Shown: piece by piece, positions 14,941 to 27,842 of the stretch
Numbering within the stretch: the stretch's first letter is position 1
How the letters are laid out: each line of letters opens with the position of its first letter
Assembly: GCF_009914755.1 (NCBI RefSeq)
Contig: NC_060926.1
Length of the DNA stretch: 64,000 nt
From: the human T2T-CHM13v2.0 reference genome, Homo sapiens
Strand: one strand, 5' to 3'
Translations under genes and position numbers: made by a program
Notes under the pieces: model-generated
What the model saw: only the letters and a program-made list of their open reading frames with translations
The model's database searches: none
Told to the model about the DNA's origin: nothing

Positions 14941-15425
14941 TGGTCTCTGAAATCTGGTGGCTCCTGGCAGGTGGGCACCATTGGGGGCTGAGCACACTGT
15001 GCTCCTGCCACTGCCTCTGGCTGGGGACCCTCTGGAGCAAAGCCTCGACACCCCAGACGGCCTCCTCAGCCACTGCACGTGGTCTCCACTGGAACCCCCT
15101 GACTTACTTAGGAATGCTGACTCAGAGGCGGCTGCAGGTCTGAGCCGGGGCTGTGGCTTGGCCGACAGGCACCCACAAGGCACCCGCAGCCGCTCCGAGG
15201 CCCTGCTCTGAATGCTCTGCCTTTAGATTCCGTCCTTAGCATCAGGAAAGAAAAGACCCGGCTTGTGAGCTCCTTGTCCCACCTTCTTTCACTCCAGACG
15301 TCCATCTCCATCTTTCTCCATCAGGGACTTTCTGGGCAGGACACTTCCTTGATCACATCCCCAGTTTTCCACCCAGGACTTTGTGAAAACTCCTCCAGGC
15401 CTGGCTCTTGGTATGTCAAGAGAAG

Positions 15426-17690
15426 TTTAAGGGATTTAGACAGTACATACATATATGTACACGTGCGTATGTGTGTGTGTGTGTTTAAGGGATTTAGACA
15501 GTACATACGTATATGTACACGTGCGTATGTGTGTGTAAGGGATTTAGACAGTACATACGTATATGTACACGTGCGTATGTGTGTGTAAGGGATTTAGACA
15601 GTACATACGTATATGTACACGTGCGTATGTGTGTGTGCGTGTTTAGGGGATTTAGACAGTACATACGTATATGTACACGTGCGTATGTGTGTGTGCGTGT
15701 TTAAGGGATTTACACAGTACATACGTGTATGTACACGTGCATATGTGTGTGCGCGTGTTTAAGGGATTTAGACAGTACATACGTATATGTACACGTGCAT
15801 ATGTGTGTGCGCGTTTAAGGGATTTAGACAGTACATACGTATATGTACACATGCGTATGTGTGTGTGCGTGTTTAGGGGATTTACACAGTACATACATAT
15901 ATGTACACGTGCGTATGTGTGTGTGCATGTTTAAGGGATTTAGACAGTACATACGTATATGTACACGTGCGTATGTGTGTGCGCGTTTAGGGGATTTAGA
16001 CAGTACATACGTATATGTACACGTGCGTATGTGTGTGCGCGCGTTTAAGGGATTTAGACAGTACATACGCATATGTACACATGTGCGTATGTGTGTGCGC
16101 GTTTAGGGGATTTAGACAGTACATACGTATATGTACACGTGCGTATGTGTGTGCGCGTTTAGGGGATTTAGACAGTACATACGTATATGTACACGTGCGT
16201 ATGTGTGTGCGCGTTTAGGGGATTTAGACAGTACATACGTATATGTACACGTGCGTATGTGTGTGCGCGCGTTTAAGGGATTTAGACAGTACATACGTAT
16301 ATGTACACATGCGTATGTGTGTGTGCGTGTTTAGGGGATTTACACAGTACATACGTATATGTACACGTGTGTATGTGTGTGTGCGTGTTTAAGGGATTTA
16401 GACAGTACATACGTATATGTACACATGTGCGTATGTGTGTGCGCGTTTAGGGGATTTAGACAGTACATACGTATATGTACACGTGCGTATGTGTGTGTGC
16501 GTGTTTAAGGGATTTAGACAGTACATACGCATATGTACACATGTGTGTACGTGTGTGTGCGTGTTTAAGGGATTTAGACAGTACATACGTATATGTACAC
16601 ATGTGCGTGTGTGTGTGCGTGTTTAAGGGATTTAGACAGTACATACGTATATGTACACATGTGCGTATGTGTGTGTGCGTGTTTAAGGGATTTAGACAGT
16701 ACATACGTATATGTACACATGCATATGTGTGTGTAAGGGATTTAGACAGTACATACGTATATGTACACGTGTGTGTATGTGTGTGTGCGTGTTTAAGGGA
16801 TTTAGACTACATACGTATATGTACACATGTGCATATGTGTGTGTGCGTGTTTAAGGGATTTAGACAATACATACGTATATGTGCACGTGCATATGTGTGT
16901 GCGTGTTTAAGGGATTTAGTACATACATATATGTACATGTACGTGTGTGTGTGTAAGGGCTTTAGACAGTACATATGTATATGTACAAGTGTGTGTGTTT
17001 AAGGGATTTAGACAGTACATACGTATATGTACACATGTGCGTATGTGTGTGTGCGTGTTTAAGGATTTAGACAGTACATACGTATATGTACACATGTGCG
17101 TATGTGTGTGTGCGTGTTTAAGGGATTTAGACAGTACATACGTATATGTACACATGCGTATGTGTGTGTAAGGGATTTAAACAGTACATACGTATATGTA
17201 CACATGTGTGTATGTGTGTGCGTGTTTAAGGGATTTAGACAGTACATATGTATATGCACACATGCGTATGTGTGTGTGCGTGTTTAAGGGATTTAGACAG
17301 TATATACGTATATGTACACATGTGCGTATGTGTGTGTGCGTGTTTAAGGGATTTAGACAGTACATACGTATATGTACACATGTGTGTATGTGTGTGTGCA
17401 TGTTTAAGGGATTTAGACAGTACATACGTATATGTACACGTGTGTGTGCATGTTTAAGGGATTTAGACAGTACATACCTATATGTACACGTGCGTGTGTG
17501 TGTGCATGTTTAAGGGATTTAGACAGTACATATGTATATGTACATGTGCTTGTGTGTGTGTGTTTAAGGGATTTAGACAGTACGTATGTATATGTACACG
17601 TGTGTGTATGTGTGTGTGGGTGTTCAAGGGATTTAGATAGTACATATGTATGTGTATATGTACATGCGTGTGTATGTGTGTGTGTGAGTT
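15426..17690 (+). repeat. Minisatellite, ~50-62-bp unit (mode ~58-60), roughly 39 copies
   Basis: Unit 'tttaagggatttagacagtacatacgtatatgtacacgtgcgtatgtgtgtgtgcgtg'; length varies in the (TG)n part. Confidence 0.97.
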
Positions 17691-18259
17691 CATACAAGTA
17701 CTTATTTATCCACTTACTTTTCTCCTTACAGCCATGATTTTACACGTGTTTTGGTGGGAACTCAGTTATCTCGTTCCGTCAGTCAGGGCGGCAGTGATGC
17801 CTCTTCCTTTAATTTGCATTTCCACCCTGACAATCACATCTCCCTGAGCAAATGGCTATTTCTGTATGACTAGGGGAAAGATCACATATGAAGGAAAATA
17901 AAAGAGAAGAGCACACAATTTAAATAGACCTTTAAGTGATCTCTTTTGCATGGATATTCACTTTGTTTATCATCTTTCCTGGACATGTGTTGGGAATGGG
18001 ATTAACTGGAGGGTGCAGTACAGAGCAGCATTCCAGAGCCGGCTCTGTGAGGGTTTCAGGCGAGAGCCGGTGCCAGGGCTGCCAGGACTTCCGTGCTTGT
18101 CGTCGTGGGGCAGGGATGGATGCCTGATTTCAGACGGAAGAACGCCACTCTCATCAGCAGTGGAACTGAGTCGAGTCCTCAGTGGCCCTGTGGAGTCTTG
18201 CAGGTGAATGCTCCAGTAAGCGACGGCCACACCCGAGGTGTTCCTGAGATGTAGAGATA

Positions 18260-18820
18260 ATTCCAGCTGTGCTGTGTGCTGTCTAACATTTTGGGTTCTC
18301 AGTGATGTGGGTGGAGAGATGGTTCCAGCTGCACGGTGTGCCGTCTAACATCCTGGGCTTGTTCCTGGTGTTCTCAGTGATGTGGGTGGAGAGATGGTTC
18401 CAGCTGCACTGTGTGCCGTCTAACATTCTGGGCTTGTTCCTGGCGTTCTCGGTGATGTGGATGGAGAGATGGTTCCAGCTGCACTGTGTACCGTCTAACA
18501 TTCTGGGCTTGTTCCTGGTGTTCTCAGTGATATGGGTGGAGAGATGGTTCCAGCTGCACTGTGTGCCGTCTAACATTCTGGGCTTGTTCCTGGTGTTCTC
18601 GGTGATGTGGGTGGAGAGATGGTTCCAGCTGCGCTGTGTGCCGTCTAACATTCTGGGCTTGTTCCTGGTGTTCTCGGTGATGTGGGTGGAGAGATGGTTC
18701 CAGCTGCACTGTGTGCCGTCTAACATCCTGGGTTCTCGGTGATGTGGGTGGAGAGATGGTTCCAGCTGCGCTGTATGCTGTCTAACATTCTGGGCTTGTT
18801 CCTGGTGTTCTCGATGATGT
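18260..18820 (+). repeat. Minisatellite, 75-bp unit, ~7 copies
   Basis: 'gtgatgtgggtggagagatggttccagctgcactgtgtgccgtctaacattctgggcttgttcctggtgttctc(a/g)' recurs at 18302, 18377 and onward; some units shortened. Confidence 0.96.
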
Positions 18821-19716
18821 GCGGCAGAGGGAAGGCCCTCACACTTTGGGGTACTTTTTCTTTAAATTAGAGATGATGATACACAGCTGGGAGGTGGGTG
18901 GGAAAGTGGGCGTGGTAGGAGATGAGTCAGGTGAGAGCATTTTGAGACACCCAGGAGCTGTAGAAACCTGAGTTGTTGCTATAGAAGTCCTAGATATCTT
19001 CCTGGATAATTCTCTTTCACATAATTGACATAACGCTTCTCTGTCACACCCAGGAAGTCCTGGTATTGTATAGATAAAATCAAAAAGTTATTTCCATTTT
19101 ACCCAGACCCAGTTTTGAAAGGCCACAGGATGCCAGGATATTCCTTTTTTGTTCCTTTCCTGCTGTGATTACGGATGGGAGGATGGGATTTCAGCTTCAC
19201 TGTGCTGATGGGCCGTGAAAAAAGAAACATCAGTGACCATCCCCAGAAACAGCGAAGGGGGGTGGGAATCAGTCAGTTAAGAAATCGAGCAAGTGCTCGC
19301 CCTGTCTCCACCTCGGTCTCCCACCTGCAGGCGAGAGGCCTATCCGTCCCACCTCTAAGCGTCTGTGACTCTAGGCCAGCAGGGAAGCTCTTGGCATCAT
19401 GCGTGGCTCCGCTGTCCCTGCCTCCCAGAGCAGGGAGGACGAGGAGCACAGAACAGGGGTCCATCAGGGCTGTGGCTGGTGGAGGTGGGAGGCCCTGGGC
19501 TTGGACTCCACAGCCAACCAGGAGCCTGGAGCTCCACACAGCCCGAGTTAGAACCAGGACTGGCAAGAGTCAGACAATCTCCCCAGCATGTCCAGCTTTC
19601 AGTTCTGAAGAAACCAACCAACAAAGATACTTGAGCCTTTGCAGTTCCCACGTGCCGGAAAAACTGGTACATGCTTGAGAAGCGTGGATGTACAGAAGAG
19701 AAAGCCTCTCGGGTGG

Positions 19717-19778
19717 GGTCACCGCAAAGAGGAAAGGGCGCACGCAGGTCACTGCAAAGAGGAAAGGGCGCACGCAGG
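19717..19778 (+). repeat. Two-copy 30-bp tandem duplication
   Basis: 'ggtcac(c/t)gcaaagaggaaagggcgcacgca' at 19717 and 19747. Confidence 0.9.
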
Positions 19779-19991
19779 CGCAATGCACAGATCCACGGGC
19801 AGCATCTAGACGACGTGCGCTGCTCACAAGGCGAACCTTCGCTCAATGCTCCGGAAGCTGGTTTCCGAATTCACGCCAGCTCACAACTGACCTTCATGCT
19901 ACACTTTGGGTCCCGTGAGGGCGGCTGCTTCCCCCTGCTCACTCTTGGGCAGCTGGAGCCTAACATAGAACCTGGCATGTGGTAAGCGTGT

Positions 19992-20886
19992 GCTCAAACT
20001 TCACGGCGGGGTGAGGGTGCAGGCATGTGCTTACCACACACTCAAACCTCACGGCAGGCTGAGGATGCAGGCATGTGCTTACCACACACTCAAACCTCAC
20101 AGGCAGGCTGAGGGTGCAGGCAGGTGCTTACCACACACTCAAACCTCAGGGCGGGCTGAGGATGCAGGCACGTGCTTACCAGGCATTCAAACTTCACGAC
20201 TGGCTGAGGATGCAGGCAGGTGCTTACTACACACTCAAACTTCACGGTGGGCTGAGGGTGCAGGCACGTGCTTACCAGGTATTCAAACTTCATGGTGGGC
20301 TGAGGGTGCAGGCATGTGCTTACCGCACACTCAAACTTCATGGGGGGCTGAGGGTGCAGGCATGTGCGTACCAGGTATTCAAACTTCATGGTGGGCTGAG
20401 GGTGCAGGCATGTGCTTACCACGCATTGAAACTTCAGGGCGGGCTGAGGATGCAGGCATGTGCTTACCAGGCACTCAAACTTCACGGCAGGCTGAGGGTG
20501 CAGGCATGTGCTTACCAGGCACTCAAACTTCACGGCAGGCTGAGGGTGCAGGCATGTGCTTACCACGCACTCAAACTTCACGGCGGGCTGAGGGTGCAGG
20601 CACGAGCTTACCACGCATTGAAACTTCAGGGCGGGCTGAGGATGCAGGCATGTGCTTACCACACACTCAAACTTCACGACAGGCTGAGGGTGCAGGCATG
20701 TGCTTACCACGCACTCAAACTTCACGGCGGGCTGAGGGTGCAGGCACGAGCTTACCACACACTCAAACTTCACGGCGGGCTGAGGGTGCAGGCACGAGCT
20801 TACCACACACTCAAACTTCACGACAGGCTGAGGGTGCAGGCATGTGCTTACTAGGCAGTCAAACTTCACGGCAGGCTGAAGGTGCC
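19992..20886 (+). repeat. Minisatellite, 48-bp unit, ~18-19 copies
   Basis: Unit 'ctcaaacttcacggcgggctgagggtgcaggcatgtgcttaccacaca'; 16-aa periodicity in the ORF track. Confidence 0.97.
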
Positions 20887-21795
20887 TGCTCCCAAGCGAT
20901 CTCATGCAGCCTGCACTCAAACTCCACATTCCAAAAGTACCTACTCATCTGCCTAGATGCCTGCAGGGCTGGCTCTGATCTGCTTGTCCTGAAATGTGTT
21001 AACTGCCTTTTCATACCTTTTTTCATTGCCATGCCAACTGTGAAAGACTCCAGCCCCTTTCAGATGAGGCCCCCAGCTCGGAGATCCACCCTCCAGGAGG
21101 TGCTGGGCAGACGCGTGGGGCGGCCTCCACCTCCGGTTTCCTCCCTGTTGCCTCCCGCAGCCTCTCATTCAGAAAGAAACGTGTTTCCGGAAGCTGTGCC
21201 GTTGCCATGGAGCCTGGATGGCTTTGTCAGTTTCCTTATTTGCAGCCTCATCTCATCTCCAGACCCACTGTGCTCCTGGACTCGCTGGCAGTCCCAGCTC
21301 TCGCCTTCACTGTGGTCTGTGGACCCCTGCACTGAGCCTCGTGTCCTGTGAAGTCAGGCTCTGAGGGTCTCCACGGCCTCCTCTCACCAGAGACCCCCAC
21401 ATCTGCCGCGAATATAACCTAACACTCGAAACCTTTCTCAGTGGCTTGTGCCACCTTTTGAACTTACAATGTTGCTTTGTAGTTCCTTTTATCTGTTGTA
21501 CGCTTCAGTTAACAGCGCAGTCGACACCTCCCCGGTGTTGGCATATTCTATCCTTCCACGTCCGTGTTGTGTGTTTTCATGGCGTGTCACTGACTCCCCC
21601 CGCTGGGGCCCGCGTCTCCTCTGTGCCTCCTCGTTTTGCGGTCTCTCCACATTTCCTGGATGCTCACTGTGCACCTGTCTCACTACAGCACCCTCGACAC
21701 TGGCGGGCGCCTGGCTCAGCTGTTTCAGTAACTTTATGTTTATTACTTGGGAGGATATTAGCCTAGATTTAATTAATCTCTATGGCAGCATTTTA

Positions 21796-22097
21796 CTTTT
21801 TTCTTTTATTTCATTTTGGAGACAGCCTGGGCTTTGTGGCCCAAGCTGGAGTGCAGTGGCGATCTCGGCTCACTGCAGCCTCTGCTTCCCAGGTTCAAGA
21901 GATTCTCCTGCTTCAGCCTCCCGAGTAGCTGGGACTACAGGCATGTGCCACCAAACCCGGCTAATTTTTGTATTTTTAGTAGAGACGGGGTTTCACCATG
22001 TTGGCCAGTGTGGCCTCGAACTTCTGGCCTCAAGTGATCCACCTGCCTCGGCCTCCCAAAGTGCTGGGATTACAAGTGTGAGCCACCGCACCCGGCC
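21796..22097 (-). mobile_element. Alu SINE, AluS-like (Sx/Sz)
   Basis: Antisense full Alu: T-rich tail, 'ggagtgcagtggcgatctcggctcactgc', 'ttagtagagacggggtttcaccatgttggcca', ends 'ccaccgcacccggcc'. Confidence 0.94.
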
Positions 22098-22919
22098 TAT
22101 GTTGCTTCATTTTAAATGTCCAGTTGCGAAGCTGTGGGTGCAGTAATGGAGCTGATTTCTCAGCTGCTTCAGCTGAGTGATGTCCAACAACTGAACACAG
22201 GAAGCCTCAACGCAGATGCTCAGGCGGGGGCGACCGTGGAGACGGAATATTCTCTGGCCCTTCTGTGTTAAGAAAGCCTTCAGGTTGCTGATTATAGAAA
22301 TGGATGTTTTTAGTCAGCAGTGCAGCTCCACTCTCAAATGGAAGAAAATCCTGTTTTCAGCACCACGTATGCCTAAAGCATCAATTATTTCACTCCCAAA
22401 TCAGCTGTGTTGCCACCACATTGAATCTGCTGTGAAATAACAGTGTCTGCCAGCACGTGGGTGTTTGGTTAATTATTGTCTTTTTATAAAATATCTGCTT
22501 TATTGATACCTTTTCCTTTGGCTTAAGTCATTAATGATGTGTTATTCTGGTCTTGTCATGGATCTGTCAGTGGAATTGCACTGCAGGTGGCTTCTTTGTG
22601 GAGTGACAGCAAACGGCATTTGGAAAGTGTGGCTGTTCACCCTGTGGCTGTCCCAGGGCCACACACTGATTGGACTGGGGGCAGGTACCCCACAGAGCCA
22701 CATGGGTTTAAGCCGAGTCTGCCTAAGTGTGGAACCATAAGTACAGAATGAAGGAAAACAAAACCTGAGCATTTTCTCAGAGTTAGGATTGTTCTTTTGA
22801 AAATCTTGGGCCAACTGGGATGACCGAGATTTTTATCCTCTTACCAGTTTTTTTTTTTTTTATGTTTTCTATTTCTAGTGAAGAACTAGAAGGAAAATAT
22901 GCCCTTAAACGGACAAGTG

Positions 22920-23284
22920 TGTTATGGACGGAATGTGTGTGTCGCTCTGAAATTCGTAGGTTGCAGCCTCACCCTCAGCGGAGGAGATTAGGGTTTGATG
23001 AGGTCGTGAGGGTGGGGCCTCGTGCTGGGGCGAGTGTCCTTGTGAGAAGAGGCACCAGATCCCACAGGCTCCCTCTCTTCCTGGGCCCACACAGAGAAGC
23101 CGAGCCCTGTGGGTGCAGTCAGGACGGTGGCCGTGGCCCCCAGAGAAGGTGCCTCAGGCGAAACCAGCCCTGTCAGTGCCTTGGTCTTGGACCTCAGCCT
23201 CCAGACCTGTGGGAAGCGAATGTCTGCTGTTCAAGCTGCCCAGTGCATGGTATTTTGTTACAGTATCCTGGGCTGACTAGGACA
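22920..23284 (+). mobile_element. MaLR solo LTR (MLT1A-like)
   Basis: Starts 'tgttatggacggaatgtgtgtgtc', contains 'cagcctccagacctgtggga', ends 'ggtattttgttacag...gctgactaggaca'. Confidence 0.8.
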
Positions 23285-23879
23285 CAGGCCTGGGAAAGTT
23301 TGCTGCTGAAATTTTGAATGGCAAGAGTGACAACCAAAATTAAAATGATCTGTACGAAGTGACATGCTTGTTCCTCATTCAATTTAACATAGCGTTTATA
23401 GAGTATTGCAATGCTATTATCTTGATTCTTCCGTAAATATTGGGCAGAAATAGGGCAGATAGGATTTGTTCCTGTTTTATAGACAGAGAACCTGAGATGT
23501 GCATTGCACATGGCCTGTGCCCTCCTGGAACCCAGAAGCAGGTGGAGCCCTCGTCTTCCCACCCAGTGACCTCCCCACCCCGCCAACGGGCATGGGAGCC
23601 ATTGCCACGGCCTGGGACCCCTCTACCTGCGGAAGCTAAGGAAGGGGCAGGTTAGATGAAGGATGGCACAGGGAGATACCAGAACGCTGTGCAGGGATTC
23701 ACTGTGATGCTTTCAAATCATTTTAGTACGGAGGTGTGCGGACGCCTGTGAAATATTTTACATCCTGCATCTTTCCTTTTGAGAATTTTAACCTGCACCT
23801 GGTGTGTGTGTATATGTGTGTAAATACATGCACATTTGCACTTGCATTTATATTTATATTATTTATGTTACTATTTAAT

Positions 23880-24720
23880 ATAGTTTGGCTATAAATCTTT
23901 TCCTTTATGGTCACAACGTTTGTGTTTTGCCAGGAAAATTTTTTTCTTTCCCAGTATAAAGGCATTTTCCAAGGTTATCTTGTAGGATCTTTGTTTTTTC
24001 ACCCTCCCTGTTCATTTCCACAATCCACCTGGGGTTTGTTTCGTGTGAGCCTGAGGTGGGTTGAGTTTCCTTCTTTTCTCTACGCGCGTTTGATGATCCA
24101 GCGCCGTGGGGTGGAGGCTTTCAGAGACATCCGTCACAGGTGGGTGTCCCTGCCTGCCTGGCTGCGAGGCTTCTCCACGCACCCGCTTTGCTGGTCTTGG
24201 GGTCAGGACCTTCAGGGCACAGCCAGTGCCCTGGGCCCCTTTCCCAGCCCCTTCACCTGTCCTCGGCTTCTGCAATTCCATATAAATTTCAGAATTTGAA
24301 AAACTTTACAAGCACAAATTCTGGGCAATTAATGATAATTCATTGAATCTACAGATTTATTTGGCAGTAAAAGATACCTTCACAACATTGAGTCAGTGGG
24401 CCCTGTACATAGTTTGTAAATTTGTTCCAGGTATTAAATATTTTGTAGTGCTGTTTTATTTTTTGTTTGTTTCTGGATTATAGAAATATAATTACATTTA
24501 AAAATTTGACCTTTTATCCAGAAACCTTACTAAATTCTAACAGTTTATCTTAATTTGTTTTGGACTTTTAACATGCATAGTCTGTCATTTGTGGCTTAGG
24601 TTGATTTTCTTTCTTTTCTCTGCGAATGCTTTTATACTCCCGGTGCATATTGAAAAGCCAAAGCTGCAGCGTTGTGCAATGGATTCCATCAGAGTTTGGC
24701 ACTTTTTTCTTCAAAGTTAC
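23880..24720 (-). mobile_element. Old L1 (L1M/L1ME) ORF2 fragments
   Basis: 'ttccatataaatttcagaat', 'cattgaatctacagatttatttggcag', 'tgaccttttatccagaaaccttactaaattc' resemble antisense L1 ORF2. Confidence 0.55.
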
Positions 24721-25359
24721 GGTGCAGGTGACTGAGGACAGCTGTTGCGAGCGCTGCTTCTTGGTTCCCCCGGAATGGGAGGCATCACGTGCGGCTTCCA
24801 GGAGGCCACCTCAGGGAGGATCGTGTTTCCATGCACAGCGAAGGATCTGGGCAGGTAAATCAAATCATCACAGCAATTCGGGATTCGTTCAGGGCACAAA
24901 AGAAAGCCAAAGGACAGAGATCTTTTATTCGTTTCTGTAAGTTTAGGCTCTTGCTATGCATTCTTTTATTTTGATTCTGGAGAAAATAGTACAATTAAAG
25001 AAACCACTTTGCCAAGTGTTTAAAAAATGCAGAATGCAGTAGCCATCCTCAACTATTCCTATGCTCAGAAATTAACATGTGCTTCACGAGGACATGAGGC
25101 ATCGTTCGATCATTTTTCCGTTTGTGAATCAAACGCTACCCAGCCCTTGGGCGTCAGTGAATTTCCTGAATCTCCTGAATGCCTTTGAGCATTTCTCTTG
25201 AGAAACAGGTGACTTGTGTCATACATAACTGGTTCACTAGACTTAAGTTCCCGAGATTCCAGGTGTTTGCAACATGACGAAGGCAACATTCAGTCCAAAC
25301 TCAAACTATAATATCTTAAATTCAATTAATCGAAGGCTCAATGAAAATAATTGCTCTTT

Positions 25360-25470
25360 TTATTATTCATTCATTCAACAAATATGAATTAAGTGCTCAT
25401 TATTTGCTGGGCACTGACGTGTCGGAGACACAAAGGTGAAAAGCCCCAGTTGGGGCCTTCTAGGACCAAA
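25360..25470 (-). mobile_element. L2 3' end
   Basis: 'attcattcattcaacaaatatgaattaagtgctcattatttgctgggcactg' is the antisense L2 terminus. Confidence 0.75.
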
Positions 25471-25489
25471 GCCGTGGGCTGTGCAGACA

Positions 25490-26578
25490 GCCAGGGTCAC
25501 AGGGCTATGGAACAGGCCAGGGCTGCACGGCTATAGAACAGGCCGGGGTCACACGGCTATGGAACAGGTTGGGGTTACATGGCTATAGAACAGGCCGGGG
25601 CCACACGGCTATGGAACAGGCCGGGGTTACGTGGCTACGGAACAGGCTGGGGTTACATGGCTATAGAACAGGCCAGGGCCACAGGGCTATGGAACAGGCT
25701 GGGGTTACATGGCTACGGAACAGGCTGGGGTTACATGGCTATAGAACAGGCCAGGGCCACAGGGCTATGGAACAGGCTGGGGTTACATGGCTACAGAACA
25801 GGCCAGGGCCACACGGCTATGGAACAGGCTGGGGTTACATGGCTATAGAACAGGCCAGGGCCACAGGGTATGGAACAGGCTGGGGTTACTTGGCTACAGA
25901 ACAGGCCAGGGCCACACGGCTATGGAACAGGCTGGGGTTACATGGCTATAGAACAGGCCAGGGCCACAGGGCTATGGAACAGGCTGGGGTTACTTGGCTA
26001 CAGAACAGGCCAGGGCCACACGGCTATGGAACAGGCTGGGGTTACATGGCTATAGAACAGGCCAGGGCCACAGGGTATGGAACAGGCTGGGGTTACTTGG
26101 CTACAGAACAGGCCAGGGCCACACGGCTATGGAACAGGCTGGGGTTACATGGCTATAGAACAGGCCAGGGCCACAGGGCTATGGAACAGGCTGGGGTTAC
26201 TTGGCTACAGAACAGGCCAGGGCCACACGGCTATGGAACAGGCTGGGGTTACATGGCTATAGAACAGGCCAGGGCCACAGGGTATGGAACAGGCTGGGGT
26301 TACTTGGCTACAGAACAGGCCAGGGCCACACGGCTATGGAACAGGCTGGGGTTACATGGCTATAGAACAGGCCAGGGCCACAGGGTATGGAACAGGCTGG
26401 GGTTACTTGGCTACAGAACAGGCCAGGGCCACACGGCTATGGAACAGGCTGGGGTTACATGGCTATAGAACAGGCCAGGGCCACAGGGCTATGGAACAGG
26501 CTGGGGTTACATGGCTACAGAACAGGCCAGGGCCACAGGGTATGGAACAGGTCAGTATTACAGGGCTACGGAACAGGT
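25490..26578 (+). repeat. Minisatellite, 26-bp monomer as an alternating 52-bp dimer, ~42 monomers
   Basis: Alternating 'ggctatggaacaggctggggttacat' and 'ggctatagaacaggccagggccacag'. Confidence 0.97.
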
Positions 26579-27149
26579 GCTGCAACCGTGAAGCTCAACA
26601 CAGGCACCCCAGCCAGCCTCAGGGGGCAACAAGGGGTCCCTGTGGGGAGTCAGCCAGGCAGAAGGCACAGACCATCCCACAGACACCATGGCACAGGCAA
26701 GAGGATCCGGAAGTGAGAAGGAACATGCGGCACGTTGAGAGAACTGGTTTGCACAGGTCTCCAGGCCACGTCGGAGGTAGGGGGGACCTTTCACCCACTT
26801 CGCGCTTCTCTGCCATCTCGCTGAAGTTTTCCTTATCTTTCTAATGACATAATCCATCACTGATGTCTCTCATCCCTGCCTCCAGGCTGTGGAGGATGGG
26901 ACAGGCCCTGGGTTCATAGCCCCAGAACTGCGTGAGGAATGTGAGTCTCAGACTGTGCGCTCCTCATGGCTGGGGCCATGGCATGTCACTGATGGATTTT
27001 GAATTAACTGGTGATTAGAAAAATCCATAAAATACACACAATGGATTTGTAGAAATGGCACTCTGCAATTCTGCCCCCAAACTCAGGGCCTGTGTGGAAG
27101 GCGGTGGAGGCTGGAGCCGGGCCAAGAAGGATGGGCTCCCGCTGTGCTG

Positions 27150-27330
27150 CCTCCCAGCTGTGAAACCTGGGCCAGGAAAACAAAGCACTTTGGGTTTCAG
27201 TTTTTCTTTAAATAAAAATGGAAATACTAACACCCGCTCTGCAGGGTGGTTGTGAAAATTTTAAATGTCTATGTTTGAAAGTCACTCTGTGTGATGTCTG
27301 GTCCAATGTAGTGGCTAAATAATAATAATA
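27150..27330 (+). mobile_element. MIR fragment
   Basis: 'cagctgtgaaacctgggc...gggtttcagtttttctttaaataaaaatggaaatactaacacc...cagggtggttgtgaaaatt'. Confidence 0.55.
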
Positions 27331-27444
27331 CTAATATTTGTATTAGTAGTAACGATGTCACAGACACACTCCTTCCTTGTCACTGACAGGGCCAGCCCTT
27401 CATCTCTCTTCTTGTTTCTCCACCTGAGGTGACAAAAGTGTATC

Positions 27445-27650
27445 CTAAAAGAACACAGGCTTTGGAATCAAAATGGTCTGTGGTCCTACGCCCCACCATG
27501 GACTGACCGTGTGACTTTGGACACTTCAACTTCTCTTAGCATCAGTACTCACATCAGTGAAATGGGGAGATTAATACTTACCTGAAGGGATTTACTTTGG
27601 ACCAAGTAAAATTATTATACTGATCCAGGCACCTGGTAGAAATTCCATAC
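27445..27650 (+). mobile_element. MIR SINE
   Basis: 'aagaacacaggctttggaatca...gtgtgactttggacac...catcagtgaaatggggagattaatacttacctgaaggg'. Confidence 0.7.
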
Positions 27651-27842
27651 ATGCTAGGACGTTCCCTCTCTTCCTACACTTGTAGGAATAATCTCATAAA
27701 TACCACAATGGGTATTCAAATACAGGAATATGAGCTAGAGTTTCACCTTGGTGGTTGAAGGCCAAAAATGATTTGGATGTTTGGGACTGACATGATTGGA
27801 GAAATGAAAGCAGGACCCCAGCATCCAGTTTTCCAAAACATA

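Noticed and set aside
15426-17690. CRISPR-like pattern (constant anchor plus variable segment) or interstitial telomere
   Set aside because: The 'spacers' are homologous to each other and the DNA is primate; TTAGGG occurs only singly in a subset of units, never in tandem
25490-26578. Array of steroid-receptor elements (AGAACA/GGAACA)
   Set aside because: Only half-sites at 26-bp spacing; no inverted 3-bp-spaced palindrome
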